NCBI GenBank assembly: GCA_013239625.1
Contig: MU054001.1
Coordinates: forward strand, 2,982,151 to 3,046,150
Source: Lama guanicoe
Lineage: Eukaryota
Direction: 5' to 3'
DNA: 64,000 bases
The notes beneath the pieces were generated by a model. The model did not search any database. It was not told the DNA's origin and saw only the letters and a list, made by a program, of their open reading frames with translations. The position numbers and the translations under genes were made by a program. Position 1 is the first letter of the stretch; each line of letters opens with the position of its first letter. Below are positions 12,561-25,310 of the stretch, piece by piece.

Positions 12561-13759
12561 GCAAATCAAATGGAATCTTTGAGGTGGGAGTTCAAGTGAT
12601 ACATATGGCTAAAGAAAAGGAAAGGAAATGTGTAAGAGAAATTAGGATCATGAAGAAATTCCCCTATAATATTCACAAAAGTTCTATGTCCTATGCCTTA
12701 AAGATAATATATACGTGTGTTTATGTGTATATATAAGACATACATATATGAAGGACACATTCATGGAACAATAGCATTTCCATCACCAGCTAACAATAAT
12801 AGACAAAGGCTTAGAGTAAAAATAAGTAGTCCTCTGTCCCTCTCCCATTCCACACACCATTTCACGCTTCAAAGATAGCAACTTTTACCTCTGTCACTGA
12901 AGACTATGCTGTAGCTCCTCTTTCTTGGTGAATCAACTCAGAATTACCTGACCGAGCCTGTCATGGAAGGTGCAAATTTAGCTCATGTGGAGCACACTTC
13001 ATCCTCTCTTTTAGCAGGTGTTTGAAAGTTCTATTACTGCGATATTAAATGATATTCTTAAATTTCTATTTCTTATTCCAGCTACTTTAGACAATTTCTC
13101 TCAAATCTCTGAGTTATACTCTTAGGCTATTTTTTTACAGTTAAGCCTTCCAAAATGTGGCTATGGCTTGACTCTCAAGCCAGAAAGCTGATACTCAGTG
13201 ACAGAACTATGCAAACATTGTTTCCTGCAGAACAAGGAAAGATATTGGAGTTGTATCTTTTCTTCTCGGGGTTTAGTGTTGTGACTCCTTTGCCACTCAA
13301 AGGAGAATGGTCTTAGCACCAAAGGCAAATGGATTTCTGTTGTTATCAACTGCACAGTGTCATGTCACATTTGAAGTTTCACACACCTGCTTTCCAGTTT
13401 AATTGATTTCTATTATTGCTACTGCTGCTGCAGTTTGTTTTTTTGTTACTTAAATTTTGTGTTATTTTTATTTTGGGTAGTGGCCTTAAGAAGTATTTTC
13501 CCCATGATTCAATGTTAGACCTCATGTGTAGGTTCACACAGTAGACCTGAGGGCTCTATTTTACCAAATTAATTCTCAGCTGGAAAAGAACATTTGCCAT
13601 GTGAAGAGTCCAAGGCACAGAGAGAAGTTCTTAGTAACTTGCCTAATGTCGCACGACTAGTAACCACTATGTTGTACTCAGCAAAAGATCACTCGATAAG
13701 CATGAAATCTTAGTAAAGGGAAGTAAAAATCCCTGAGGCCATTTTATCTGGAGCATCAT

Positions 13760-13890
13760 CTATTCACTCATTCCTTTTTCAAACATATATTAAGCATCTA
13801 CTGTTTGCTGGGCACTGTCTAGACACCAGGCTTCCTAATGTGAATATAACACAGTTAAGCGCTTTTTTTGGGACTCAGTCTATTGGGAAA
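13760..13890 (-). mobile_element. L2 3' terminus
   Basis: attcactcattcc...aaacatatattaagcatctactgtttgctgggcactgtctagacacc. Confidence 0.7.
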
Positions 13891-14269
13891 GATAAATTTT
13901 TAAAAAATTGCCATTAGCCATAATAGAAAATGATATTTTTAGAAACTTTGAAATAAAATAAAACATTTGAGCAGTGTGTCATCCAAAAAGTGGCTCTCCC
14001 ATCCAGGCCTTACATTTCTTATCTGAAAAATATGAATTAAGCAATATCTGAGGTTTTTTCCAGCTTGACCAAATGTAAGCAATATGTTTAATATTTGTTT
14101 AATTCTTCACTGTATCATAATTTAGTTTCTATCTATTACATGAGATCTACTCTATTCTTTTTCTTACTGACTTTCTTCTTGGAGCCTAATGACTTGTTTT
14201 AAACCAAATAATTTCTAGGCCTTCTGCAAAGCCTAGAATATTCTGGGATTAATTTCCATGGAACAATTT

Positions 14270-14800
14270 ACTCAGAATAGATGCATTTTGTGATAAACTT
14301 TCTGAATATTCCCTAAATGTTTGAAAATATTATTTTGCCACTTATACTGAGATGATGGGCTAGGCATAAAATTCTTGGTTAAAAAATAATTTATCTCTAA
14401 ACTTTGAAAATACTGTTCCACTGTCTTCTCCTTTTCATAATCAGTAACACAAAGTTAGATGTCATCAAATTTGAGTTCTTTGTAGGTGATCTAGTATTTC
14501 TCTCTCTCTCTCTCTCTCTCTCTCAGCTTTTAGGCTCTTTTATTTATCCCTGTTGATCTGAAATTTCAGTGACGTTTTGAGTGGATGGGCCTGTGTTGAG
14601 GACACATCTCCCCTTCTGCTTTGTATAATTTTTTGATGATTTTTCCCCAACTTGTTTTCTCTGATTTTTGTTCTCTTTCTCAAATCCCTATTTGTATGAT
14701 GCTAAATTTAGTTGATTGATTCTCTCATGTTTTCTGTGTTATAGTCTCTCAGCTACTGACACCCTCCTTTCTAGTCTCTTTGTTATAATACTATCCTGGT
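14270..14800 (-). mobile_element. Old L1M fragment containing a (CT)n microsatellite
   Basis: gggctaggcataaaattcttgg, aaaatactgttccactgtcttc, tctttgtaggtgatc, ttttatttatccctgttgatctgaaatttc. Confidence 0.6.
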
Positions 14801-15010
14801 TGTCATTTTATGAAATATTGGGAAGCATACAAAACAAACATGCTTATTATGTCTTCTTGAGTTTGAAGTTAAGATCTTACAAAATATGTATTACATTCAG
14901 TAATCTTAGGTTTAGTCAAGCTGAAAAGGTCTTAATGTCTTAAAAGGACATTGCTTAATCCACATTTTTTCAGATGGGAAAATTGAGCCCAAATGAGAGA
15001 GCCATGGTTT

Positions 15011-15018
15011 TGTGTGTG

Positions 15019-15052
<34 letters not shown>
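15011..15052. repeat. (TG)n microsatellite, one interruption
   Basis: Direct reading. Confidence 0.95.
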
Positions 15053-15829
15053 ACATGTTGCTTTAATGCCATGTTTGATTTGAAAAATTCTAAAAGTATT
15101 ATTTCCTAGTGTGGTTCATTGCAGATCATCTTTTGGAGCTGTGAAATAATTTGGCCAAAGAGATCTTTCAGGCCTAATGTGTGAATTTACATATCATCTC
15201 TAAGACTGACTTGTGGGGCAAATGCTTTCAAGGGCCATCCTTAAATAAACCTGTGCATGAAAATTCAAAATACACCCTGTATTTTAAAAATTGGGATCAC
15301 CTGTAAAAGGGAAGGCATTTTTGGAAGTAGATAATGTGGCTTTAAAAAGTAAAACAGTACAGCTGTTTGGGGAGATAGAAGTATAAAATTCAGTTTTATT
15401 CAAAAGCAGACCGTATGTGATGCCAACTTGATACCCATGGTTTAGAGTTTTATTCTTTGTGAGACAAGACTGCATCCCTTAGCCTCAATGTACTCGTTGA
15501 CAGATCACAACAGCCTGGCTGCTGCTATGAATGTTTCTATATATTCAACGTTTTTTTCTCTTAAGATACACACATGTGCACACACACATACATACACACA
15601 CACTGCCAATTAAGAGAAGCTTCCCAGAGTGCCAATCAATAAGAGCAGTTAAAACATCACTGAAAATGTCAGGAGATGGAAAAAAATTGTTTACTTAGAG
15701 TCTCATGTAGAAAACTGCATATGGTCAACAGGAGAATGTTGGAAAGCCCTGTGCAATGAATGGGGTGGGATATGGACCCTCATGGGGTAGGCCAGAGCCA
15801 CTAGTACATGCCAAAGGGACATGATCCTG

Positions 15830-16340
15830 TTAACTGAAGGACTTTGTGTTCCTGAGTGGGTGTTCCAATTACCTCGTATTTACACCATCGATGAGGAGGG
15901 ATCCTTTGCCCTAACAACACCTGATGCTGGACAGATAAGATTGACAATATCTTGTTAGTTGTATATACTCACAGCTTGGGGAGAGAGGACATCACATGCC
16001 ATTTAGGGCCATGGGGGTTGCACTTGGGTGTAGAATGAAGCAGCAAGGGCTGTGGGAGGCAAGATTTGTAGTAATAAGAGATTGGGGTGCCCCTTGGTTC
16101 CTGCAGGAGGGTGTCATTGGCTTGTTTGACAAATTTCACAGGCTAGCCATGAAGTGAATTATGTTGAGGACCAGGTGGAGTGCAGCTGGTCTAACTGATA
16201 GGCTAGCTAGCTGAGTGGGGATTCTTTCTCATTGGGTGGGAAGCATGTCTGGTAAGAGCAGGGAACACACAGATAAGCCTTTGGAGCCCATGAGACTCAA
16301 AGACATCAGAGCAGAAATTGAAATTTTAGGTCTCACAGTA
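15830..16340 (-). mobile_element. ERVL-class solo LTR (MER76-like)
   Basis: atatactcacagcttggggagagaggac...gggggttgcacttggg...gggctgtgggaggcaag...gtcattggcttgtttg resembles the remembered MER76-type LTR; subfamily uncertain. Confidence 0.55.
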
Positions 16341-16469
16341 CAGTGAGGAGACAACGAGGGGGCCAGAGCTTGGGACAATAGAAGAGACTGATCACAATCA
16401 CAAAGGTCCTGATTTTCTGACTTTCTGACTCATCCCTGAGACTCTTCTCAAAATAAATGTTGAACATAC

Positions 16470-16872
16470 TGGTATGGACTGAATTATGTTCCCTCAAATT
16501 TGTATATTAGGCCCTAACCCCCATATGTGTCTATATTTAGAGACAGAGCCTTTAAAGTGGTAAAGTTAAATGAGGTCATAAGGGTGGGGCCCTGATCTGA
16601 TAGGATGGCGTCCTTATAAGCAGAAGAGACATGAGCGATCTCTCTCTCTCTCCCTCTCTCTCTCTCTGGTGTCCGCACACAGAGAGGAAAGAGCATGAGA
16701 GGACACAGTAAGAAGACAACCTTTTATAAGTCAGGGAGTGAGGTCTCACCAGAAACCAATCCTGATGGCACCTTGGACTCCCACCCTCCAGAACTGTGAG
16801 AAAATAAATTTCTGTGTCTTAAGCCACCCAGTCTGTGGTATTTTGTTACAGCAGCCTGAGCAAACTGATACA
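16470..16872 (+). mobile_element. MaLR solo LTR (MLT1A/B-like), full length with TSD
   Basis: TG...CA termini, ttaaatgaggtcataagggtggggccctgatc, gaactgtgagaaaataaatttctg; 5-bp TSD catac (16465-16469) / catat (16873-16877). Confidence 0.92.
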
Positions 16873-19800
16873 CATATTAAAATAAAAATCAATTCAGCAA
16901 GTCTCATTATTAGCCACTGAGTATTTAAGTCTCAGTCTGGCCCATTCACAGACTCAACATTATCCTTTAATCCTTGATTTTCTCTTCACCATCAATAGCA
17001 GAGAGAAGATTAACTTGAGAGTGTTTTTTTTTTTCAATGAGAAAATAACAGCAACAACAGTAAAATGCCCACCCTCAGGTCCCACTCCCCTGTGCTAAAA
17101 CAGATCCCTCTTACTAATGGTAGAACCTTGGATGATTTAGAATCCCTCACTCAGCCTCAGTTTCCCCAACTGTGAAGTAAGAGAGTTGTACTGATAGATT
17201 TTTCAGAAATTCCCTTTCAGCTCTAATATTCAATGACTCTAAGAAGATAACTGTTTTGCTCCTGTAGGTCTTACATAATTCCATTTGCTAATAGTCTAAT
17301 TTATAATTTTGAATAATATGGCAATAGCAATTAGCACAAATTTAAGTTCATGGAGGCAGCTTCTCTACGAAATGCCCCTCTGGCTATAATTTCCATATGC
17401 ACATTTGCAGCAATTGCTTCTCTCTGTAATACTGATTTTAACAACCTTATTTAGCAGATCATGCTTTTGAAATGCCAGGAGAGAACTAAATAAAGTCAAG
17501 GGTCAAAAGCATGACATACTTCTGTATAAAATTAAAAGTTAATTACTAGCTGCATCTAAGGGCCAGGACTATTTTAATTTTAGAGTCATTTGCCTGGCTA
17601 TTTAGAATCTATGTTTTAACTATAGCATTGAGAGTCAGCTGACTTACATCGCTACCGAGGGAGAGTCAGTCATCCCCAAGCAGAAACTCTATATGCCATG
17701 GCTTCGCTGACCTTTCTCCTTAACTGCTTGCTGCTTATATTGAAATCATGATCACTGACTTGTTTGTTAAAGTCATCATAAAATTTAATGTGTTTTTTTA
17801 AATGCCCTTTAGCAAAATGCATTTAGGAGGAAGTATATAGGAACGAGGTTTCCTTCGCCACATTAAAGGGCCTGACATTCGGCAACACATATTTATTTTT
17901 GGCTCTAATTTAGGCTAACATCAGAAAACTCAGTGATCCAGGTGCCACAAGGGGCAGCAGTAAGGTACCCCGTGAAACTCCTGGAAATAAGGAAATAGGG
18001 TTACTCACTAGGAGGCCATGTAAAAAAAGAAATAATAAACATTTGAATGTGATGAGAAAGAAGGAAAATCACCTTTAAGAGACAGGATGCTTCCCAGCAA
18101 GATCTGACTATATAGTTCTTGAGGGAATGTTTCTTGAAATAGGTTCTGTAGATCACTAATTCTGTGACTAGTGTAGTTGTTTAGCCAGTGGTGGGGAAAA
18201 GGGATATCTGCAGTTAAATAGATTAGAGATAGTACATTAAAATAATGTTTATTTTTAATTATAAAAAGGTTTCTGCCAACCAGGACTTTTCAGGGCCAAT
18301 AATACACTCATTGAGGATCTCCGAGAGAGAACCAGTAGTGACATTTCCCACACTTAATTTGGCCATGGATCACTATTTTTGTGAGTTTCTTGCAGGACTA
18401 ATTAAAAACAACAACAACAAGAAGATAACAAAGCAAAACTTTGGGTAATCCTCTATTAACATGACTAAAGAAAGCCTTTGTTAACCAAAACTAAGGAAAT
18501 TCAAAGGGAGCATGAGAATCCATCATTGCTTTGCTCTTTCAGCCACTGGACAGTGGAAAGGGTGGCCTGGCTCCAGTGCCTGAGTGACCTGAGTGACCTG
18601 AATGACCAGCTGCTCCCTCCTGCAATGGTGAGATGGAGATGACACATCCTTCCCCACTTGCTTGGGGACAAATTACCATGACTCCAAGTCCTTACCAGCC
18701 CTCTTTATCGCAAAGTCCAATCTTATCCTGGGTTCCCTCCATTAATATTCCTAAGAATCAGTGTAGGGTTAATTCTTTAGTCTCACCCTCACCCTCACCA
18801 ACTGTTTTTTGGAATCATAGTACCTTGGGATTGGCTTGGAGAGGCCCTTCTGCTCACTGGTCACATATGGGCTCGGGGAAATCTCACGAATCATAGAACC
18901 CCTTACACAAACAGGACAATGTCATTGCACTTAGGGTTGAGATGGAACAATCTTTTTTGAGGCTGAAAGTCACCTGAAGAAGACCAGAAACACAAAAAAT
19001 AGGTTACTTTTTCAGGGTAGGTGCTCATGTTGGTCAAACTTGCACAGACTAATGAATGGCAGACTGATGTTTAGGAATTCATAGTAATAAAAGTTACTAA
19101 TGAGTAACCTGGACACCCATAAGGGTGCTTTTTAGCACATCCCCTCCCGACCCTGTGGAAAAGCTGCACTGGAAATAAAATCAGATGAACCTTCATTAGA
19201 TGTCACTGAAGATGAAGTCATATGATTTAGATGTCTTCATCTGCAAAAGGTTTATGGATAAGGCTGAAAACCACAAATATTTTGCCTTCAGGTAAGGAAT
19301 GAGGAACCTCTGGGCATTGACAGGTGAGTATTTTTCTAGAGAAAGGAAGGCTCTCTAGGAAGAGGTAACCACATGAACAGAGTCAGAGATGCAGGAAAAT
19401 AGTATGACAAGAGATGAGCCTCAGTGGGGGACTGGGGCAAGATGAAGAGGGCTCCCATCTTCCTGTTCTGCTGTTCTCAGTCTTACCCACAGACACCCAG
19501 TCAGACCTTATTCAGGGAAATATCCAGCCTTTGCTGACCCATGTGTGTTGTTCTGTGGAGTTTGCTAACATTTGAAGCTGGATCTTAAAACCCCTAGGTT
19601 CCAGGCTTTTTAACTAAGAAAACCTTTTGGTTCTTAGACCTATTAATCTTACTAATCTCACCCTCATTTCTGAGGAAACAAATAGAAATGCATCACAGGA
19701 ACTGTTGGAGACAACAGACTCTGAAGCGATCTGTTATGACACACTATGGTGTACCACGATTCTTCGTAGCTTAGAAGGGAGCCCGATCTCAAGGTATACA

Positions 19801-21594
19801 CGTAAGTTAATGAAGCATCTAGGGTCCTCATAGAATTTCTTCTACTGAAGAATAGGTACCAAAAATCATTCACAGTGAGAAGGTTCATTACTTCTATTCT
19901 GAATCATTTCCCTAGGAAGGTTTTTTTTTTATCACATCAGCTCTTTAAGAAGTGGAGGTAAAGAGCTTACCTCCATTTCTTTTCACAGCATAATCTAATG
20001 TGCAATCACATGGTCAAAATCACACCCAAAAGGAGGGGCTGTCCAGAGATCACAGTCATGGAGATGGGCTTCGAGAACCCATCTGAGTACCTGCTCCCTC
20101 TCTGAAGAGCAACAAACCAAGAGGGACATTGTTTCATGAACTATTATAAGTAGCACTCTTTGAATGAGTGAAGGAATGAATGGACAGATAAGACAGTGGA
20201 AACATCTCTTCTAGACATGAATTTTCAAAGAACAAGGTGCACTATCATGGAGATGTCAAAGATCTAATCAGTGTATTCTAGACATGGGCTACATATTCAG
20301 CCAATTTCAATTCATCCTTTAAGAAGTTTAAGTTTCCAAAAACGTGCCCTGACTGTGCCTCACTCATTGTGGACACAATCTTAAAGCCTAGTTAGCTCTT
20401 GCCTACTAACAGGTAGGTGTTGTGATTGTTTCCTAGTTCAGGCTCCTGGTGGAGGCAGCTGTTTCTTAGTACCATAGGGATACCTGGGGGTTATGGAGTC
20501 CTCCATTTGCTACCCCCATCAGCTCCAATACCCCAACCCCAGCAATGGACATTCCTTGTGGCATTTGCTGAGGAGTTGTATAATCAAAAATCAATGATCC
20601 AGACGGAGGTCTGTTGTTCTACAGCTGAGCTGGTATAATATTACAATGCCAATCCTAATGGAGTTACATAGAATCCATCAAAATATCAGGATGCAGGGGT
20701 CAATGAGGACCACAATGCCTCACTTCCTGGCAATTACCACTTATTACTGGGGCAGCACGTTCCCCCTGCTTTTCAGCTTACTTCAATAAATGATATTAGG
20801 TGACCCTGCAGGGGCAGTCAATAGAGCATTGTTTTATTGTCACAGCTTCATAGTCAGATCAATACCTCAGTCTTCTGAGACATAGGTGAGAACCCCTGAA
20901 TATGGCACTAATGAAATCATGTGCTTTTATGATTTTCAAATTATATATTTCATCCTCACTTCATTTTTAATGTCAGCAAGGCTGTTAATGGTGGTCTGAC
21001 CTCTAAATTTTTGTGATATTTATACTCAGCAGGGGCAGAAATATGTCCCTAAGAGGGAAAATAAAACTGTTTCATGAAACTTAATTTCTCGTAATTCTTC
21101 CTTGGTTGTCCCCATCTACTCCACTTATTTCCATGGATAATTATATGGATTTCCCTCACTTTGATTTTAAAGAAGAAATGTAAATAAATATCTGAGATTT
21201 CATAATTTTATGAAAGGACAACAGAAGGATATGATGAAATGGTAGGAATGATTCTACCATTAATTCTCTTCTCTCCATTGGTCCTTTCTTTTCTCATAAT
21301 TGCAGTGGGTTGGATTTGAATATCAGTTATACATGGATGGCTTGTGGACCACACAACTCATAAATATACTGTATGCGCCTAGAAGCCTTTATTATTAGTA
21401 TTGTTATTATTATTATTATTTTAATGCTTTTAGACAGGGCATGCACTTTCTGTTTCCCCCAGTCCTCACCAATCCCTATTGCATCCCACATTTATGTCCT
21501 AGACCTAAGCTCCTGTGGTTTATTTGAGTATTCAACCTCTAGACAAGGTGGTGATCATGAAAAACTTATAATAATAAAAATACCATAACTGTCA

Positions 21595-21845
21595 ATTATT
21601 GAATTGTTGCTCTAAATCAGGCATAGTACAAACAATTTTGCATACATCACCATCACCTAGTTTTCATACTTGAAGCAATCTTGTAGAGTGGTATTATTAT
21701 TTTTGTTTAATTTGCGGATGAGGAGACAAGGTTCAGAGAGTTGATATGATCTGTAGTGTGGTGACACCTCCTTGGAAAGTGGTGGGGGGAGAGTTCATAT
21801 CAAAGTCCAGCAAACTCCAGGATCCATATTCCTGATCGTAGGCTA
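21595..21845 (-). mobile_element. MIR SINE
   Basis: attattgaattg...caggcatagtac...tttgcggatgaggagacaaggttcagagag. Confidence 0.7.
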
Positions 21846-21994
21846 TGCTTTCTTTCAGTTCTAACTCTCTCTATGTCTCAGTCTGATCCCATAGGACTGG
21901 ATACAGTGGCCCAGTTACTTTTGATGGATTCAATTAAGAGATAGATAGCCACCTAACTGTTGAGTAGGAAAGCTATAGGAAAAAGTTCAATTAA

Positions 21995-22140
21995 TTTCAG
22001 GTCAGAGGGCTTGCATTCTGAATCCTTTCTGACCCTGCCTATGGCTGGGAGCAATTCTCATAACCTACCTTCATCTCCATTTCCTCATCTGCAAAACGAG
22101 AGCCATCCTCCCTACCCTCTGGGACTGTTGGATGGATTAA
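21995..22140 (+). mobile_element. MIR SINE
   Basis: ttctgaatcc...ccatttcctcatctgcaaaacgag...ggactgttggatggattaa. Confidence 0.7.
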
Positions 22141-22619
22141 ACCAGTGTGGCGGCCAACTTCAGATTACTTTGAATTTTGATCTTGTTCAGCTATCAGATA
22201 TTGCTGATCCTCTTGCTATGCTTTTGATTTTTGTTTAACTTTGTCCTGGTATCACTCTTAAGATGATCCAGTCTTTATATCTGCATAACTGACACCAGTT
22301 CAATGAATGTTACAAAAAAAATTCATTCTTAGATGGACACCTAAATTCCAATGGTTTATTGGGAGAGGCTTCATAAGATTCAAGGAATGGATGGAGAATT
22401 AGCTCTCTCTGCAGCCTCTGGGCCAACGAATTTCTCTTGGGTCTGGGGAAAGCTTATTGGGGTTGCAATAGCTTCCTAGTCTTCACTTTATCTAGGTACT
22501 TAGTGCCTGTGAACGTAATAGCCCAGACTGTATAGAAGGCACCTATGCATAGGTAAAAACACAGAGCCTTCATTCTGCTCTTTCTGATTCTACACAAAAC
22601 AGTTTTATCTCTAGAAAGG

Positions 22620-22845
22620 TAGCATAAGGCAGTCAATAAGAACATGAGCTTTCCTACCAACAAACCTGGTTTACAGCTAGCATTTAGCATCCATGTGATT
22701 CTGACCTCTCACTGCAAGCTCCCTGTCTCAGTTTCCTTATCTGTGAAATGGGACAATAAATAACATTTGGGTGAGGACCCAGTGTGAAGGGTTCACCACA
22801 ATTTCTGACTCAATACATGTGAGTGCTCTACAAGTTAGCTGTCGC
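22620..22845 (+). mobile_element. MIR SINE
   Basis: tgtctcagtttccttatctgtgaaatgggacaataa. Confidence 0.75.
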
Positions 22846-23274
22846 ACATTACAATAGAGTAGATTTATTGATTAGATGAGCAATCCATAAATGAAAACAT
22901 AAAAATATGTTTTTTTCCCAGTCCTGAGAAAATACTAATCTTCATGTTTAGTTCTTTATGACATTCAGGTTATTGCAGTCTGGTCTCTGTTCCTTCTGCC
23001 CCCTAAAAATGGTCTTCAGAGCTTACCAGTGTTTTTCTAAACATGACATGCAGGAGTCACCTCCCAGCCCCAACCCAAATCACCCCCAAACTCCCCATGA
23101 TGTTTCTCTGCCCTCATGTCCCACAGTCTGTGTTGTGTTACACCACCCTCCTAACAGGTATGGTCCCTAGCACTGTATTAAAATGTTATGACTTCTCTGC
23201 ACATGTTCATTTGGCCGATGTTAGCTCCAATAGAATTCAAGGCTAAAGGGTGGAAGCATTCTTTATCTCCATTG

Positions 23275-23495
23275 CAGGGTTTCTTAACCTCTGCACTCTC
23301 AACATTTTGGACCAGATCATTCTTCTGAGGGGCAGTGACTGTCCTGTGCATCTTAGGATGTTTAACAACATCCCTGATCTATACCCACTGGATGCCACTA
23401 GCACCCCCCCACCCCAGTGGTAACTATCAAATGTCTCCAGACACTGCCAAGTGTTTCTCTAGGTATCAAAAGTCAGCCTCTGTTGAGAACCACTG
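23275..23495 (+). mobile_element. MER20 (hAT-Charlie MITE)
   Basis: TIRs cagggtttcttaacc / gttgagaaccactg; internal gactgtcctgtgcatcttaggatgtttaacaacatccctg...aatgtctccagacactgccaa. Confidence 0.92.
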
Positions 23496-25164
23496 CTGTA
23501 ACAAAAAACTCTTTGCTTAGATAGAATGAAAACTTTCCCCTTAGTTAACAGCACTTAAGGAAGTTTTTTTTTCAGTTTCTTTAGGTAGAGCTTGGTTTTC
23601 AGGTGCTTTCTAAAATTTTATTTTAATTTTAAATATGTGACTTGGGCATCAAGGCTTTGAGGCTGCATTTTAAATTTGGAATGCAGAGGGGTTTGGTTAT
23701 GAACAGACTGTGTTAATTGCAGAGTCAGTGAATATGCTCCACACAACATACTGGCTATGGATCCCAGAGGGAATGAGACACAGCCGAAAATGACAGTAGT
23801 ACACCAGCTTCATAAATGCCATGCCATAGGAAACCTGTCTGGGGACACTTGGTAGTGGGGCCCTCAGAAAGAGTCCCTGTTCTTCACCTCCCATATCTCT
23901 TCACACCAAAGGAGAATGTGCCGAGGAGGGAAAGAATAAGGCACAGAATGAGAAATCGCGGGCCTCCTCACCTCTGTCCGCATACATCCCACATCAGACC
24001 GCCTCCTCTTGAGCAAAATGAATTTTCTTCCAGGCCAGAGGTGCCCAGAAAGAGGACGTGCGTGAAAATCATTCTGCTTTCCCCTGAGCAGCTCATCTCC
24101 TGACTGGGAGAGGTTTACAGATGTAAATACAAACTCATTATCTAATTCTAGACTGAATAAGCGGCCAGATACACAGATATAAATTACGCCTTTTACCTTC
24201 TCTGAGGGTGTTGAGAGGCAAACAGATTGCACTCCTCTGTTCTCATTTTAAATGGGTCAGAGCATCGGGGGAACTAGATAATTCACTCCAATCCACTAGA
24301 TGTAAGCACCTCATAAATTTCATAATCAGCACTAGCATTTTCCTTTTCATAAGCAGTATGTCTTCAGCAGCGTTAATTACATGACTGGTAATGGTCTCCC
24401 ATTTTGAATCCGTTTTGGATGAAATATGGTCCGGCCCAGAGCAGGCCCCCTAAGCAGGGCCCTTTGCAGCCACACATCAAAGGGTTTCCTGAAGCCAAAG
24501 GAGCAAATATGAGAAGAAACTCTACATGGGGGAAAGGCTGTGTGTGAAATGTTGACTTTTAAAACTAAGCCAGGAAATGAAATATACATATTGAGGGCCT
24601 TCAGAACCCTTTTATTGGATCAGATACAGCGCAATCCTTTAAGTCTTGCCCTAAATTGCACTCCTCTGGTTGGCATCTCCTGAACTCCTTGACAAGGCCC
24701 TTCCGCCCATACACACCTTCCACAATGCTCTGTGTTCTTCTACATGTTCCTATAGTATCTCATCATTTTCCACCATGAATTAGCATGACGCACCATAATT
24801 ACGTATTTATTGTCTGTCTTCCCCACATCTGCCTGGCTTCTAGGTATGTCATTCACAGAAGACACTTCAAAACTGTCTGTTGGATGCTGAATGAATGGCC
24901 AGTTAAGGTAAAATGATAAAGGAAATGGACTTTGTCATGTCAACCCATCTACCTCCCCAGCGATGCCAAAGTAGACAGAAATCCTGACCCTAAGGACCTG
25001 AGCAGTTTCCTTTAATTGCTCCGTGTCCATGTCCACCTGAAAAATAGGGAGGATAAGATCTAACACAGGGGGTTGTCAGGAGGGACATAAAGGAATGGGG
25101 AGGGAGGGATGTCTGGAAAGCAGCGGCCAGGTCCAGCAGTTAGTGGAATATACTCAGTCAGGGC

Positions 25165-25310
25165 AGAGAAGCAAGGAGGGGGACTCTGGAACCAGCTTCA
25201 CCAGCTACCAGTGATGTGCCTTTAGGAGATTTGCTGCACCTCTCGGTGTCTGTAAAATGGCAATGATATGACCTCCTTCACAGGGTTCTTATGAAATTTA
25301 GGTATAAAAG
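25165..25310 (+). mobile_element. MIR SINE
   Basis: ggactctgga...accagtgatgtgccttt...cacctctcggtgtctgtaaaatggcaatgata. Confidence 0.65.

Noticed and set aside
18120..18430. Possible old hAT DNA transposon fragment
   Set aside because: Looks MER-like but I could not define TIRs or a family by eye, so it is not listed as a feature.
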